Positions 51,889 through 64,000 of a stretch of DNA of 64,000 bases are shown here, in pieces. Source of the stretch: Amphiscolops sp. MND2022. Lineage: Eukaryota. Where the stretch lies: contig OZ076409.1 in the NCBI GenBank assembly GCA_964187785.1, positions 23,376,001-23,440,000 of the forward strand. Direction: 5' to 3'. The notes under the pieces are model-generated. The model saw only the letters and a list, made by a program, of their open reading frames with translations. It had not been told where the DNA came from and did not search any database. The first letter of the stretch is position 1. Each line of letters begins with the position of its first letter. A program made the translations under genes and the position numbers.

Positions 51889-52494
51889 ATGGTACGAAAA
51901 AGTATTTACCTGAAGAACAGCTCAAAGTTTTTGATTCTGTCAGATTCACTTCTGAAAATGTTCAAAACAATTTCATTTGACGTTTTGTCTGTACCTGGAG
52001 CTCGCCCTCAAGATCTTTGGGATTTTCTACCACCCTTCAATAGGTTTGAGAAGATCATATTATTTGTGGGGGGTAACGCTTTAGAGAATTTTCAATCAAA
52101 AAACGGCACTTTTCGATCAGCTCAAGAACCAATTGAAGTTGCAACAGAAATATTTGAACTAGCTCGAGCACTTCTTTTGCGCACCTTAACAGTTTTCATT
52201 GTTGGAGTACCACCTCGAGGTACTGAAGAATTACAGCATAAAGTTTTGCAACTGAACGCTGAGCTTAACGCTTTTTGCAACTCACAGAAGCAACCCATAG
52301 TTTTTGTTGGCATCTCGCATTACCTTTACGACTTGAAGCATATATCCAAAGATCTCTGTCACTTTGAAAAAGGAGCTTTCGCAAAAATTCACAAATTACT
52401 TAACGAAAAGATATTGAGAAAGAAATTCCAAAAACCTTGTCACTGCAAAACAGTTCATACTTTTTGGAAGGAGTATACTACATATCCTTTCTAA
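51889..52494 (+). CDS. SGNH/GDSL esterase-fold protein, stand-alone ORF inside the BEL element upstream of gag
   Basis: Block I LILSDSL, block II VPGAR, block III LFVGGN, VFIVGVPPR, block V DLCH; C-terminal CHCxxxH. Confidence 0.8.
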   Translation: MVRKSIYLKNSSKFLILSDSLLKMFKTISFDVLSVPGARPQDLWDFLPPFNRFEKIILFVGGNALENFQSKNGTFRSAQEPIEVATEIFELARALLLRTLTVFIVGVPPRGTEELQHKVLQLNAELNAFCNSQKQPIVFVGISHYLYDLKHISKDLCHFEKGAFAKIHKLLNEKILRKKFQKPCHCKTVHTFWKEYTTYPF

Positions 52495-52677
52495 CCAGAT
52501 ATTCCCTCATTTGTCTTCCACTAATTTAAGTGTCCTGCCTGCAAGGGGCTGTGCTCACTTAAATTCAATCGCCTTTTTTGTCGTTCCTTTTCGTTGACCT
52601 GCCTGCAAGGGGCTGTGCTCAATCGGAAAAACGATAATAGCTTCCTCCTCATTTGAATAACATAGAACAGGACTACA

Positions 52678-55600
52678 ATGTCCGATGAAACACGAAGACT
52701 CCTAGCCTCTCGAAAGGCTCATATGGGCGTTGTTACTCGAAAGGGCAACGAGTTCGACAAAATTAAAACGAAGCCCATTGAAGAAATTACAGCGGATGAT
52801 AGATTACTAGCAGAAACGCTTTTAGAATCACTGACTGAAAAAATAGCTAAAATTGGAGAAATCAATCTTAAAGTTCTGGATGCTACTGAAACTTCTGACG
52901 AGGCCTTAGAAACGGAAATTTTCAAACAAGATGAAATTGAAACTGAGGTAAAATCGTTGATGAAAAGCATCCAAAAGTGGATTACAGAACATACATCTGA
53001 TGTTGACGAAACATCATCCCTTGGCTCAAACCACCGTGACAATGTTCGTCTTCCTCGAATTGAACTTCCCTCCTTTGATGGTCAGTATAAAGATTGGAAA
53101 ACATTCTTTGATATGTTTAAAGGAACTGTGCACGAACAGCAATCTTTACCCAAAGTACAAAAGCTTTACTATCTCAAAGGTGCTTTGAAAGGAGACGCTA
53201 AACGTGTTCTTTCTCATTTGCCTACAACTGAAGCAAATTATGATGCAGCCATTCAACTCTTGAAAGATCGATATGATAATGAGTTTCTGATCACGAAAGC
53301 GCATTTAAATAACATTTTCAAAATTGATTCGATGAAGAAAGACAGTGCAGACAGCTTGAGGAAACTCATTGGTATTTTTAATGAGAATGAGATGGCTCTT
53401 AGTGCCTTGGGAATTGACACAAAAAGTTGTGACTTCGTTTGGGTGCATATACTCTCCGAAAAACTGGATTCTGAAACTGCTCGTGAGTGGCAGTTGAGTA
53501 ATGCTGATGGAAAATTGCAATCAATGGAGCAATTGAGAAAGTTTCTCGAACGTCGTGCTCGTGCATTAGAGGCATCTGGCCGATCTTTAGAAACCACTCG
53601 TGAGTTGACGCGAGAAAAAAGGGCTGAAAGAGAAACCTGTCAAAGTTATCAGTCCAATTCAATGTCTTGTCCTGTGTGTAAAAAGGCACATCGGATATAC
53701 GCCTGTCCAGCTTTCTTGTCTTTATCACTTAATGAAAGACATCAAAGGATTAAAGAACTTAGACTTTGCTTCAACTGTCTGAAAGAAGGTCATAGTATCA
53801 AGAGTTGTTCCTCGAAAAAGTTATGCCAAACCTGTAACAAAAAACACAACACATTGTTACATCGGGTTGATACTGCCTCAGTTCACTTTACTGAAAATGC
53901 CCATACCACAAATGACGATCCTCAATTTACAGGACATCAGCAGGAGTCAAGTTACACGACAGTTCTTCCTACTGCTATTGTTTCTGTAATTGATTCACAA
54001 AATAAACTTGTACAATGCCGGGCTTTATTGGATAGTGGCTCGCAACTTAGCTTTATCACTGAAAAATTGGCTGATGCATTGAATCTAAACAAAGATGATG
54101 TAAACTTGAACCTGAGTGGTATCGGCGGCAAGGCAAAAGATGTTAAAGCTGGTCGTGTCAAACTTGTTTTGAAATCTGGATCGAAACAAGTCAATGTGTC
54201 TGCATACATTTTGAAACAACTAACAAATTGCATACCGAGTAAACTTCTGAACGTTCCTACAACACCTACGAATATCTCTTTGGCTGATCCCAATTTCAAT
54301 GTCTCCAAACCAGTGGACATGATATTAGGTGCGGATGTCTTCGAAAAATTGATGGAAAATCAACGCCGGGAAATTTCTCCTGGTTTGTTTTTACGTAAAA
54401 CGATTTTTGGATGGGTGTTGATTGGAAAACAGAACGAATCAACAAATTCTTTCATCTCTTGTCATGCCTCCATTGACGAAACTTTGAGAAAGTTTTGGGA
54501 AGTTGAGACTCTACCTCAAAGAAAGTTGCCAACTGAAGAAGAATTGCTATGTGAGAAAATCTTTCAAGAAACCACAAGGGTTGTCGACAATCGTTTCGTA
54601 GTCAAGTTGCCTTTCAAAAAAGATGCGATTTTAGGTGAAAGCTTAACTCAAGCTCAACGCAGATTCAGTTCATTGGAACGTCGGTTGGACACTAATCCCG
54701 AATTGAGAAAACGGTATGGTGATTTTGTTGATGAATTTGTTTCACTTGACCACATGGAAGTCGTTCCTGAAAATGAAATCAACAAACCTGATAGTGATGT
54801 TTACTATCTACCTCATCATTGTGTCTTCAAAGAAGACTCAACAACAACGAAGTTACGTGTAGTCTTCGATGGTTCTGCGAAGACTTCGAATGGACTTTCA
54901 CTGAACGAAAGTCTCATGGTTGGACCAGTCGTTCAGAATGATCTGTTTACTATTCTGAATCAATTCCGTTGCAAGCCTATAGCGCTATCAGCGGACATTG
55001 CCAAAATGTACCGTCAAGTCGAACTAGATGCACCTGACAAAGACTTTCATCGTCTTCTGTGGCGCAGCAAAAAAGATGAAAAAGTGAAACATATGCGAAT
55101 GAAGCGAGTTACCTACGGAATTGCTTCTGCTTTCCACTCCACTCGCTGCCTAAAGGAAGTTGCTAATCGGACAAATAACCATACAGTCGCTGACGCACTC
55201 AATAATTCATTTTACGTTGATGACTTTCTCGGTGGTGCTAACACCATCACAGAAGCGCGTAATTTGATGAAAGACTTATGTACTGAGCTTTCCGCCTTCG
55301 GGTTTGAGCTCAGAAAGTGGACTTCAAGTCACCCGGAATTAACAATGGAGCTACCCCTTGAACTCCGAGAAACATCAGATGAACTTGCGCTTTTTTCAGA
55401 AGAATACAAAATAAAAGCACTTGGCATCTGTTGGAAACCCAACACTGACGAGTTTGCGTTTTCAATAGACTTATTTCCTGTCGAACAGCTGACAAAAAGA
55501 ACGCTTCTCGCCGACTCTTCAAAAGTTTTTGACCCTATTGGCTGGATCGCACCAGTCATTATCGCCTTCAAGTGCCTTATCCAACAAACATGGATTGAAG

Positions 55601-57744
55601 GACTTTCATGGGACGAGAAACTACCGGTTCATATTGCAAATGATTGGATGGAACTACGCACAGGTTTAGATAAACTTAACGAATTTCGGATTCCTCGCTG
55701 TGTTGTCCCGAGTCAAATGCATACAAAACAACTTCACGTTTTCTGCGATGCATCGGAGAAGGCCTATGCAGCAGTTGTGTATTTACGCACAGAAGATGCA
55801 GACCAAATTATCCGAGTATCGCTTCTGACTGCCAAAACTAGAGTATCACCTGTAAAACAATTATCAATGCCGCGGTTAGAACTTTGCGCCGCGCAACTTG
55901 GTGCAACATTACTGAATACCATGAGGCATATACTTGATATACACGATGTTTTCGCTTGGAGTGACAGCACCATCGTTCTCAATTGGCTCTCAAAGCTACC
56001 TCGAACTTGGAATACCTTCGTTGCAAATCGAGTAGCAAATATTCAAGAGATTCTGCCTCGAAATCATTGGGGTCATGTACCGACCGAGGATAACCCTGCA
56101 GATATTGCTTCGCGAGGTGCAACAGCTTCCCAACTATTTGAGAACAAACTTTGGTGGACAGGGCCGAATTGGCTAGAAAGTAATACAACACATTGGCCTC
56201 ATTATAGGCCCACTAATGAAGAAAATCAAGAGAAACGAGAACCAAAAAGCGTTCTCACTCTCACTATTACTCCTCATTTCATGGACGTGGATCGTTTTTC
56301 TAAATTGAAAACATTAGTTCGAGTTTTTGCATTCATACAAAGATTCATCAACATTCTGAAAAAGGATCGCAGCAATTTCGGAACACCTCTAACAGCTACT
56401 GATTTATCTAACGCCAACTTTCGAATGATTTCCTTTGAACAAAAGAGATATTTCTCTGAAGAATTCAATTTGTTGAAAAACCAAGAAGAGCTTCCAAAAT
56501 CTTCGAACATGCGGAATTTGACACCTTTTTATGATGCCGAGTTTGATGTTCTGCGAGTATGAGGTCGAATGGGCAATTCTAACTTCAACGAGTTGAAGAA
56601 GTTTCCACTGCTTATCCCAAAAGGCTCACCTCTTGTTCCTCTCATAATTAGACACTTCCATGAAGAGACTCTTCATGGTGGGGGCCTTTTGACAAATGCT
56701 GCTATCAGAGAGCAGTACTGGATCATTGGTGCTAAACCGCAAATCAATAAAGTAATAAAAAATTGTGTCAAATGCTGTCGTTACTCTTTGAAACCACCGT
56801 TCCAGCTAATGGCTGATCTACCAGCCGAACGAGTCACACAGGCCAGACCCTTCTCTCAATGTGGTCTCGATTTTGCTGGACCAATAATGACTAAATTACC
56901 TGATTCTGCATGTCAAAAAAGATATGTCGCTTTGTTTGTGTGCTTTATAACTAAAGCTATACATCTTGAATTAGTCTCAAATTTGACGAAAGAAGCCTGT
57001 ATTCTTGCATTGAAACGATTTTCGGCTAGGCGCGGTACACCAACAAAACTTTTTAGTGACAATGGATCCAATTTCATTGGAGCTAGAAATGACTTAATCA
57101 AACTTCAAGAAATCCTCTCAAGCAAGGAAGAGAATTCTTTGTTTGTGTATGCTAATCAAAAAGGTTCTCAGTGGATAACTATTCCCAGCAGATCTCCACA
57201 TTTCGGTGGCTTATGGGAAGCGGGTGTGAAAAGCATGAAGCGACACTTACGCCGGATTGTTGGTCAGCAGAAATTAAGCAATGAAGAATTATTGACAGTT
57301 CTGACACTGATTGAAGCCATTTTGAATTCCAGACCATTAACTCCCCTCTCCAATGACCCTAATGACTTAGCACCGCTGACTCCTGCACATTTTTTAATTG
57401 GTAGTTCTTTCAATCCCGTACCAACATCCAATCTTCAGTTGCCGCTGAACACTAGATTTCGTCTTATACAACAAATTCAGAAGGACTTCTGGGATGCTTG
57501 GAAACGAGACTATCTTGTAACTTTACAAGTACGGAAAAAATGGTTCACTAACGGGCCAGAAATTAATCGTGACGATTTGGTCCTGATAGCTGATGATGAC
57601 CTCAAACCGCTCCAATGGAAAACTGGTCGTGTAGTGGAACTTTACTCCGGAAACGACGATATTACAAGAGTTGTTAAGCTGAAAACTTCCACCGGAGAAA
57701 TGATTAGACCAGTTATAAAACTGAGAAAACTTCCAATTGAATAA
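52678..57744 (+). CDS. BEL/Pao Gag-Pol polyprotein with one in-frame nonsense codon (56560-56562)
   Basis: LPRIELPSFDG Gag; three Cys/His knuckles; LLDSGS protease; RT YLPHH, KLRVVFD, ADIAKMY, YVDD; RNase H FCDAS, PRLEL, WSDS, NPAD; integrase LDFAGP, SDNGSNF, WEAGVK. LRV*GRM corresponds to the usual LRVGGRL. Confidence 0.96.
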
Positions 57745-60200
57745 CTTTGAATTCTTTCCATAATTGATGTTGATCAAGGGGTGCGGTATGTTGAGTTTTA
57801 TTTTAATTTAATTTAATATTCCATGATTTGACGCATGAACACTTTTATAAATACTGATGAAAACTTTTCATGATTATTGAATGACTTTTAGCGCGAAATA
57901 CTTTGACTCATTGTTTTTCTTGAAATCTTTGATATTAGTCACTTTGATCAAAAAGAGATTAATTCCGTCCAAGAATTTTTGCTATCAAGCTATAGCGTAA
58001 ACAAAGAGCAACTGCCAGTGCAGCAGAATTCTACATTTGTTTCTTTCTGCTTTTGGTCGACGATGTTACTTTTTCAACAAGAGGAAGCAACGTCGAAATA
58101 GGAATGACTCTCGTATCAACCTTTATCGAATAGTGATTCTCATTTAGCAAACTTGAAAATGCCCCCCGGCTAAAGCTCAGAAGACGCGAAAATCCTTCAA
58201 AAGTTTGTTTTCAAAAATCATTACTATTGTAAAGAAAAAGTCGGAACTCTCCCGACCGGAACAAGGCGAAAGCTGATTTCTGAGTAATTTGCAAAGGGCA
58301 CTCTTCTGGAAAATAGTTTTTGCGAAATGAAGTCGACGAGACGTCGACAGTGCAGAAAAACTTTATGAGCGAACTCGTAAGTTGAAACTTAGGAAACTAT
58401 ATTTTTATATTGAAGTGCGACTCAAATGTGCTACAGATGACGCTACAAGTAGACATTAGTGAAAAATAAATGAAACTAGGCTGTCGCGCCCTCACTGCTA
58501 TGACGAATTGATCTCGCTTAACGATGCTTGTCACGTGCGTGAATTATTGTAAGTTCCAAATTCATAGTCACTTATTCTTCCAAAAGTTCTTCATAATCTC
58601 AGGAATATTACTGAGCCCCGAAGGTTTTAAAGTCTAATGATGTTTTAGTTTTCGCTGCAAACCTTAAATGAACTTAAACGACCCGACTTTTTCTGCTTTC
58701 TGAAATGTTTTCAGAAAAAAGTCAAGAACCACCTTTGAATAACTAAATTTGCCTAAAGTTGTCAATGAAAGAACATTGTTTTATTATTGACTTGGCAAGG
58801 CTAAGCAACCCATCTTGAATCTGTCGTATTTGGCTTTAATTGAACAGACAGATTGTCTTGTCAAGGTATTCACCGTCTTGTTGGTGGTATACTCTCTAAC
58901 TCCCTTCACCAGTTCATAGATGTCTCGCCCTATTCGTAGTAGCTTGTGATAGCCTGCAATTTCAGCAGTCCAGGTAACTGGCCTTGTAAATTCTTGTATA
59001 AGTAGTTTGTAATGACGATTTTTTGTCAAAGCGTTTTGCATAGTGTTTCGGGGCATTTGTTTTTTTGATGATTTTTCTGCATGTTTCGTACTCTATTATA
59101 TCCACTGTTTGTTTCTCGTCCTGCATCGGGTTTACATTTCTTTCGACAAAACATTTGAGGCTGTTAGCTTTGATTGGTCGTTTCCGGTTTTTTGTTTTCT
59201 CTCCGCCTTACCGTTTGTTTCTTTGTTGATGTTCCCATAGCCAGAGCTGATAAGATCTTCCGTTCAGTGTTTTCTTCCACCTTAATCTATGAGCAAATGG
59301 ATTCAGTATGTTGTGAGGGATAGACAAGCTTCTCTACCTAGCTTGCTCAAAAAATGTTCTTTTCGTTCTACCGACGTTCTTATGTTTTAGGTCTTGAATT
59401 CAGAAATGGCCGTTTTTGAGGTTAATTCTGTGGTCATGGTCAATTCTTTAAAGGGTTATTGTTTCAATTTTCCAATATGTCGAATTTACTTCGTTTCGAA
59501 TTCGAATGTCCTGCATGTTGATTATTCATTTTATGTAATGTTTTCAGTGCTGCGTCGCATTTCTGGCTCCATGTGTCCGCAGACTTTGTCTATCCAGCTT
59601 TGAAAGGACTCAATATCGCTATTCTTCCATGGTTTCGTCGTGGCCTGCTTCGACAACTTTACAATTATTGCCTGTTGTCGTTTACTGAAGATGGTGATTT
59701 TTACTTGGTCTGATCTTCCCCCATAACTTTCCTGCTCGTTTTTGTCTTGGTCGCCTTGTCATGATCCGAGCTAAGATCAGTAAGATAGAAAGAATAAGTG
59801 AGAAAAAACTGCAGCAAGCGGAGGACATTTTGAGAGGAATGTTTTTTGGAAAAGGTCATCAAATGTTCGCAAAAATGATTGTCGTGTAATGAGATGCTTT
59901 TAAAGGTTATGGAAAAAAGTTCTCAAATGAGAGTCCTCACTCTAATTAGACCACTGTTTGCAAATTTTACGTGTAAAATCTACTGAGTATTCGAATGTAC
60001 CACAAAGTTTGACGTTTAAGTTAAAAAAAACTGGAGCCAGAGGGGGCTTTGGGTCTTTCGGCACTTTGCGACTGACGCTTTTCAGTCGAAAAGGCAGAAT
60101 TGTCCCACTTTTTTGCTGTTTTCAATTACGGAAAAGCTTTTTTAAGAGCCTAATGGTGCGTATGTCGACAACAACATCAAAAAAATTTGAAAGTCACAGA

Positions 60201-60320
60201 GGAACTATTGTTTCGAACAAATCCTAAATGGTATAATAAATATTATGACATATTTCGTGTATACACGAAATATGTCATAATATTTATTATACCATTTAGG
60301 ATATTCGAAACAATAGTTCC
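60201..60320. repeat. Long palindrome (82-bp perfect, loopless core 60221-60302)
   Basis: Centre GTA|TAC at 60261/60262; outer arms GGAACTATTGTTTCGAA / TTCGAAACAATAGTTCC. Confidence 0.95.
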
Positions 60321-60321
60321 G

Positions 60322-61274
60322 CTTTTTTGAAAATTTTTAAATGTCACCAAAGGGCCCCCCTTCATTTTTTTGATATTTTGCAACAAATGCATGTTAAAGA
60401 ATCCCAAATGGTCTCTCCTTTACCGCGCAATTCCGTCCCTTTCGGGTTGGATTTTCGGGTACTGTAGAAGGGAATACTTGACACTTTGGAATCCTTTTGC
60501 TATTTTTGAGCCTTAAGCGGGGCGCCGACTTATGCCGTTCCCGGCTTTTTAATCTAATCTTATCATCTTGAGTAGCAATAAGCTATAGAATTATTTTGAA
60601 TTATCAGGGTAACAGAAACATTTTTGAGGTCATATCCGAAGTAAATTGCGTTTTACTCAGGAGGTGGATGTTCGAAAATATTGAGCTGTACCCAAATTTT
60701 TAACGTTATATCCGAAGTAAATTGTGCTTTACTAAGGAAGAGGGGGAGGTTTGGACTTAATGCGCTATATTCAAGTTTTCGACGTTATATCCGAAGTAAT
60801 TTAAACTTAAACTTTACGTTCTTTGGGTTTTCTGGGTACTGTGGAAAAGAGTACTCGACGCTTTGGTCAAAGACAATATTCGATTCTAGGAGAATCTCAC
60901 ACATTGAAAAAAAATGAAAAAAGTCGCACCGTGTCGAAAAAATTTTTAAGGGGAGACCCTTTGATACCATATTTTTGAGATACAGTAAATACTTTAAAAA
61001 GCTCAAAGAGAGTGGCCTTTAGCCTCTTTGGAATTCGTCCATAGAAAACAAGCCGGGAATGGCCCAAGTCGGCGCCCCGCTTAAGGTTCAAAAATAGCAA
61101 AAGGATTCCAAAGTGTCAAGTATTCCCTTCTACAGTACCCGAAAATCCAACCCGAAAGGGACGGAATGGCGCGGTAAAAGAGAGACTCTTAGGGATTCTT
61201 TGACATCCATTTGTTGCAAAATATCAAAAAAATGAAGGGGGCCCTTTGGAGACATTTAAAAATTTTCAAAAAAG
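60322..61274. repeat. Inverted pair of ~225-bp Helitron-like repeat 3' ends (60322-60547 and 61050-61274)
   Basis: The arms are near reverse complements, each ending in GGCGCCGACTT..GCC hairpin CGGCTT. Confidence 0.8.
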
Positions 61275-64000
61275 TCACAGTGCTGGAAAAAAGTGAAAAT
61301 GGGACCCTTTAGTCTCGTCCGGTTACGCTGAAAAGAAAGAACTATTTTAAAGTTCAGTTCTCTGAGCCAAATTGTACATTTTGGCCCCTTCAAATTTTGT
61401 AAAACTTGTAGAACCATTTTGGTCAGTTTGTGTGGATTGATTTATTTTAAAAATCACTATTAAAGTCGCGTTTCACTTCAAGGAGCGCCGAATAAAAATT
61501 AACTGGATGAAAGTAATAAATAAAAGTTCAATTGACACGAGGTTGAAATGTTTGTGGGAAAAAATGAAATTTGATTCAAATAGAATAAAATCTGAAGTTT
61601 TGCGAGAAATGCTAATCAAAGCTTGTTTTTGATGCAAGTTTTTGTTACAACTGTGTTCCAGTTTGACTGCATAAAACTCACTACGAATATCTCAATCTAT
61701 TGCGAATTGAAAATTGTTGGAATAAACCCAGTGCGAAAATTCCTATAAATCGTGCTAGGAATCTTGCTTTTTCACGGAACCCTTGGTAAGAATCTTAACA
61801 AGATTCTTATCAAGAGCGCCAGGGATATGTACGATCTTGCAAAATCTTACGAAGAGTTTCCGAACAAAAGCTAACAAAAGTGAATGAAAACAAAAACCGT
61901 GGCCAACTGTGGCGTGCCTTATATGCCACCCTATATGCCACAGTCGTTGACGCTACCAACCAAGCTGTCACGTCCGGAGTTTTAATGCTTTGTGTTGCCC
62001 TAGTAACAAAACTTCAAAGAATGACAGTGTATTTGGTAGTGCGAACAAAAGCGAAATTATTGTAAACAACATTGTTTTCGCACGTTACTTATTTTCTTGA
62101 CACTGTAACTAAGATTTCTATCAAGAAATTGGTGTCACGACATTTCGTCCTATGCAATTTCAACCGTTGCCTTTTCAACCACTCAAAATTATACCATTTT
62201 TGGCTAATTGATCCCAATTATACACTTATTTTAGGTTGCTTCGATTCCCATACATTGAAAAAAAAACGTTAATGATTGATTTCCAAATACGGTAACTTTT
62301 ACGGTAGTTTTGATACGTTTTGGCTTCTTCATGGATTATTACCATTAATTAAGCCTGTTTGATTCATTTTTAACTTTTGTAATGAAATAATATCTCAACT
62401 GAATTAGCAAGAATTAGTTTGTTAATATTGCAGAAAGTTAAAAATGCATTAGATTGAAATTGTCAACGGTTGAAATGGCAATGGTTGAACAACTTGCAAA
62501 AGACGAAATGTCGTGTCCAAAAAATTGAAGAGGTTTGTGTGAAGCAAGAATAAACAAATGGTCATCAAGGCTTTCAGGAGTAAACGGAAAGAGTACGCAA
62601 GAGCTTGGTAAGAGTTTAAAGACAATTTCAGGCAAGAGCTTAAAGGCACTGGGAAAGCTTTTGGAATTGGATCTAATTTACAAGTTCCTTTGTTTGAAAA
62701 TTCTCTGACCATAATCACGGAAGTTAGAGATCTTTTTTTAAAGCCTAACTATCCAAAAATTAGTTTTTTTAAGACTTTCAGTAAAATGAATGATTTTTTT
62801 TTCAAATGAGTGAATGAGGTTTGTGCTCAAACGAAACACCAATCTCCAGAAACCAGATATACCATTTGGTTTGAACAATAAAATCTGAATGGATTTGAAC
62901 ATTTTGAAACTTTTTTTACCAGCTTACATTTACAAGTTTCAAAAATGGTAGAAATTTTTGGAAAATCGTACGCGCTGGTTTTGTACATTAATAGCGTTGC
63001 AGATTTTGAAATCAAATAAAGCCATATATATCATTCATTGTCTGAGAAGCGTCTCTTGACGCTTTTGAACTTCGTTCTTTAAAAACCCTTTTCTATGTCA
63101 AATAGAGTATGAATTCTATTCGGAAGGCTCGTGAAGTGTCCCAAAAATGTTTTCGGTTTTAATTTTTGACGGGGAGCTGGAGAAAACAGCCGATTTTGAA
63201 TATATGACTAAACAGCTGGTTGTTTTTCTACACATCAAGTGTGTGCATTAATCAAAGATAATTAGCACAAATAAGATAGTATTAATTACGCAGTTATAAT
63301 GTTTTGAAAATACCGCATCTTTAATATCGGATATCTTCCGATACTGTTTTAAATTTTTTTTCGTCTCAGTTTCAAAATATATATTTCAAACGCATCAATC
63401 AGCTGACTCGTGATTAGCTTCTGATCAACATCGGCTATTGTTGCGTGATAATTATGAAGGCTACGTTTTACCTTTTCATTTTCCTACCGAATCTGTTGTT
63501 TTTTCCCGCATCCGTCTGATGGTCCCATATTCTGTTAAAATGGGAAACTTATAATAAGTGTTTTCGCAATAAAAAAAGCAAAAGGGAAGCGCGACAAAAC
63601 ATCCATTCTTTAAATGTCCCTATTTTTGGCTGCTAACATTTTCCTAATTAGTGGAACCTAATTGGTTTTGTTTAGTTTTGATAAAAGCGCGCATTCGAAC
63701 TCCCTAGAGAAATAACTGTGGATACAAAACGCCGTTTTACGTCGTTTTATATATCAGCTGTTATATCCCGCTGTGCAAAATCGACTGTTTCATCCTTTTT
63801 TTTAAAAAAAATGAACCTCCGGTTTTGCACGGCGTCTAAATTTCTAGCTCTAGTTCATAGGTATTGACTAAATTTGCGCAAGTTCAGCTTTGAATGTTTT
63901 TGGTGTACCCGAATTCCTAATAAAAGAATGTCCTTGCTACGAACTTGAACGACCCTTTAGTCTCGTCCGGTTTTGTAGGTTACGTTAAAAAAATTTCCGC

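Larger units (their letters stand above)
51589..58035 (+). mobile_element. BEL/Pao LTR retrotransposon, full length, very recent
   Basis: 247-bp LTRs (51589-51835, 57789-58035) with TG...CA ends and no difference seen by eye; TSD TTTGT on both sides; PBS; PPT AAGGGGTGCGGTA. Confidence 0.98.

Noticed and set aside
58784..59760. Decayed minus-strand coding-like stretch
   Set aside because: Many stops and no motif I can assign.
62420..63050. Short coding-like frames on both strands
   Set aside because: Interrupted by stops, with no recognisable domain or supported splice structure.

Overview
Repeat-rich, AT-rich eukaryotic (invertebrate-like) genomic window. From left to right it holds: (1) a 5.7-kb T-rich satellite of ~52/41-bp monomers; (2) relics of a CRE-type non-LTR element, a hAT transposase, a Ty1/copia element and an APE-RT LINE; (3) a giant (~19.6 kb without its nested insertion), decayed Ty3/Gypsy LTR retrotransposon on the minus strand (14230-34872); (4) three host genes: MPG/AAG glycosylase, an uncharacterised type-II membrane protein, and F-actin capping protein alpha with a GC-AG intron; (5) a ~218-bp satellite; (6) a very young BEL/Pao retrotransposon (51589-58035) with apparently identical LTRs and a 5-bp TSD. 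The Gypsy element has unusual cargo: an upstream ORF, a probable tandem protease, two TARG1/OARD1-like macrodomains after integrase, and a ~1170-codon extra ORF with an SGNH-like fold. The BEL element has a separate, intact SGNH/GDSL esterase-like ORF upstream of gag, followed by two hairpins sharing a GNRA-capped core. Several GG...CC MITEs with 8-bp TSDs share an internal module, and a hAT-type MITE in a coding exon may act as a new intron. All domain calls come from reading motifs by eye; no database searches were run.
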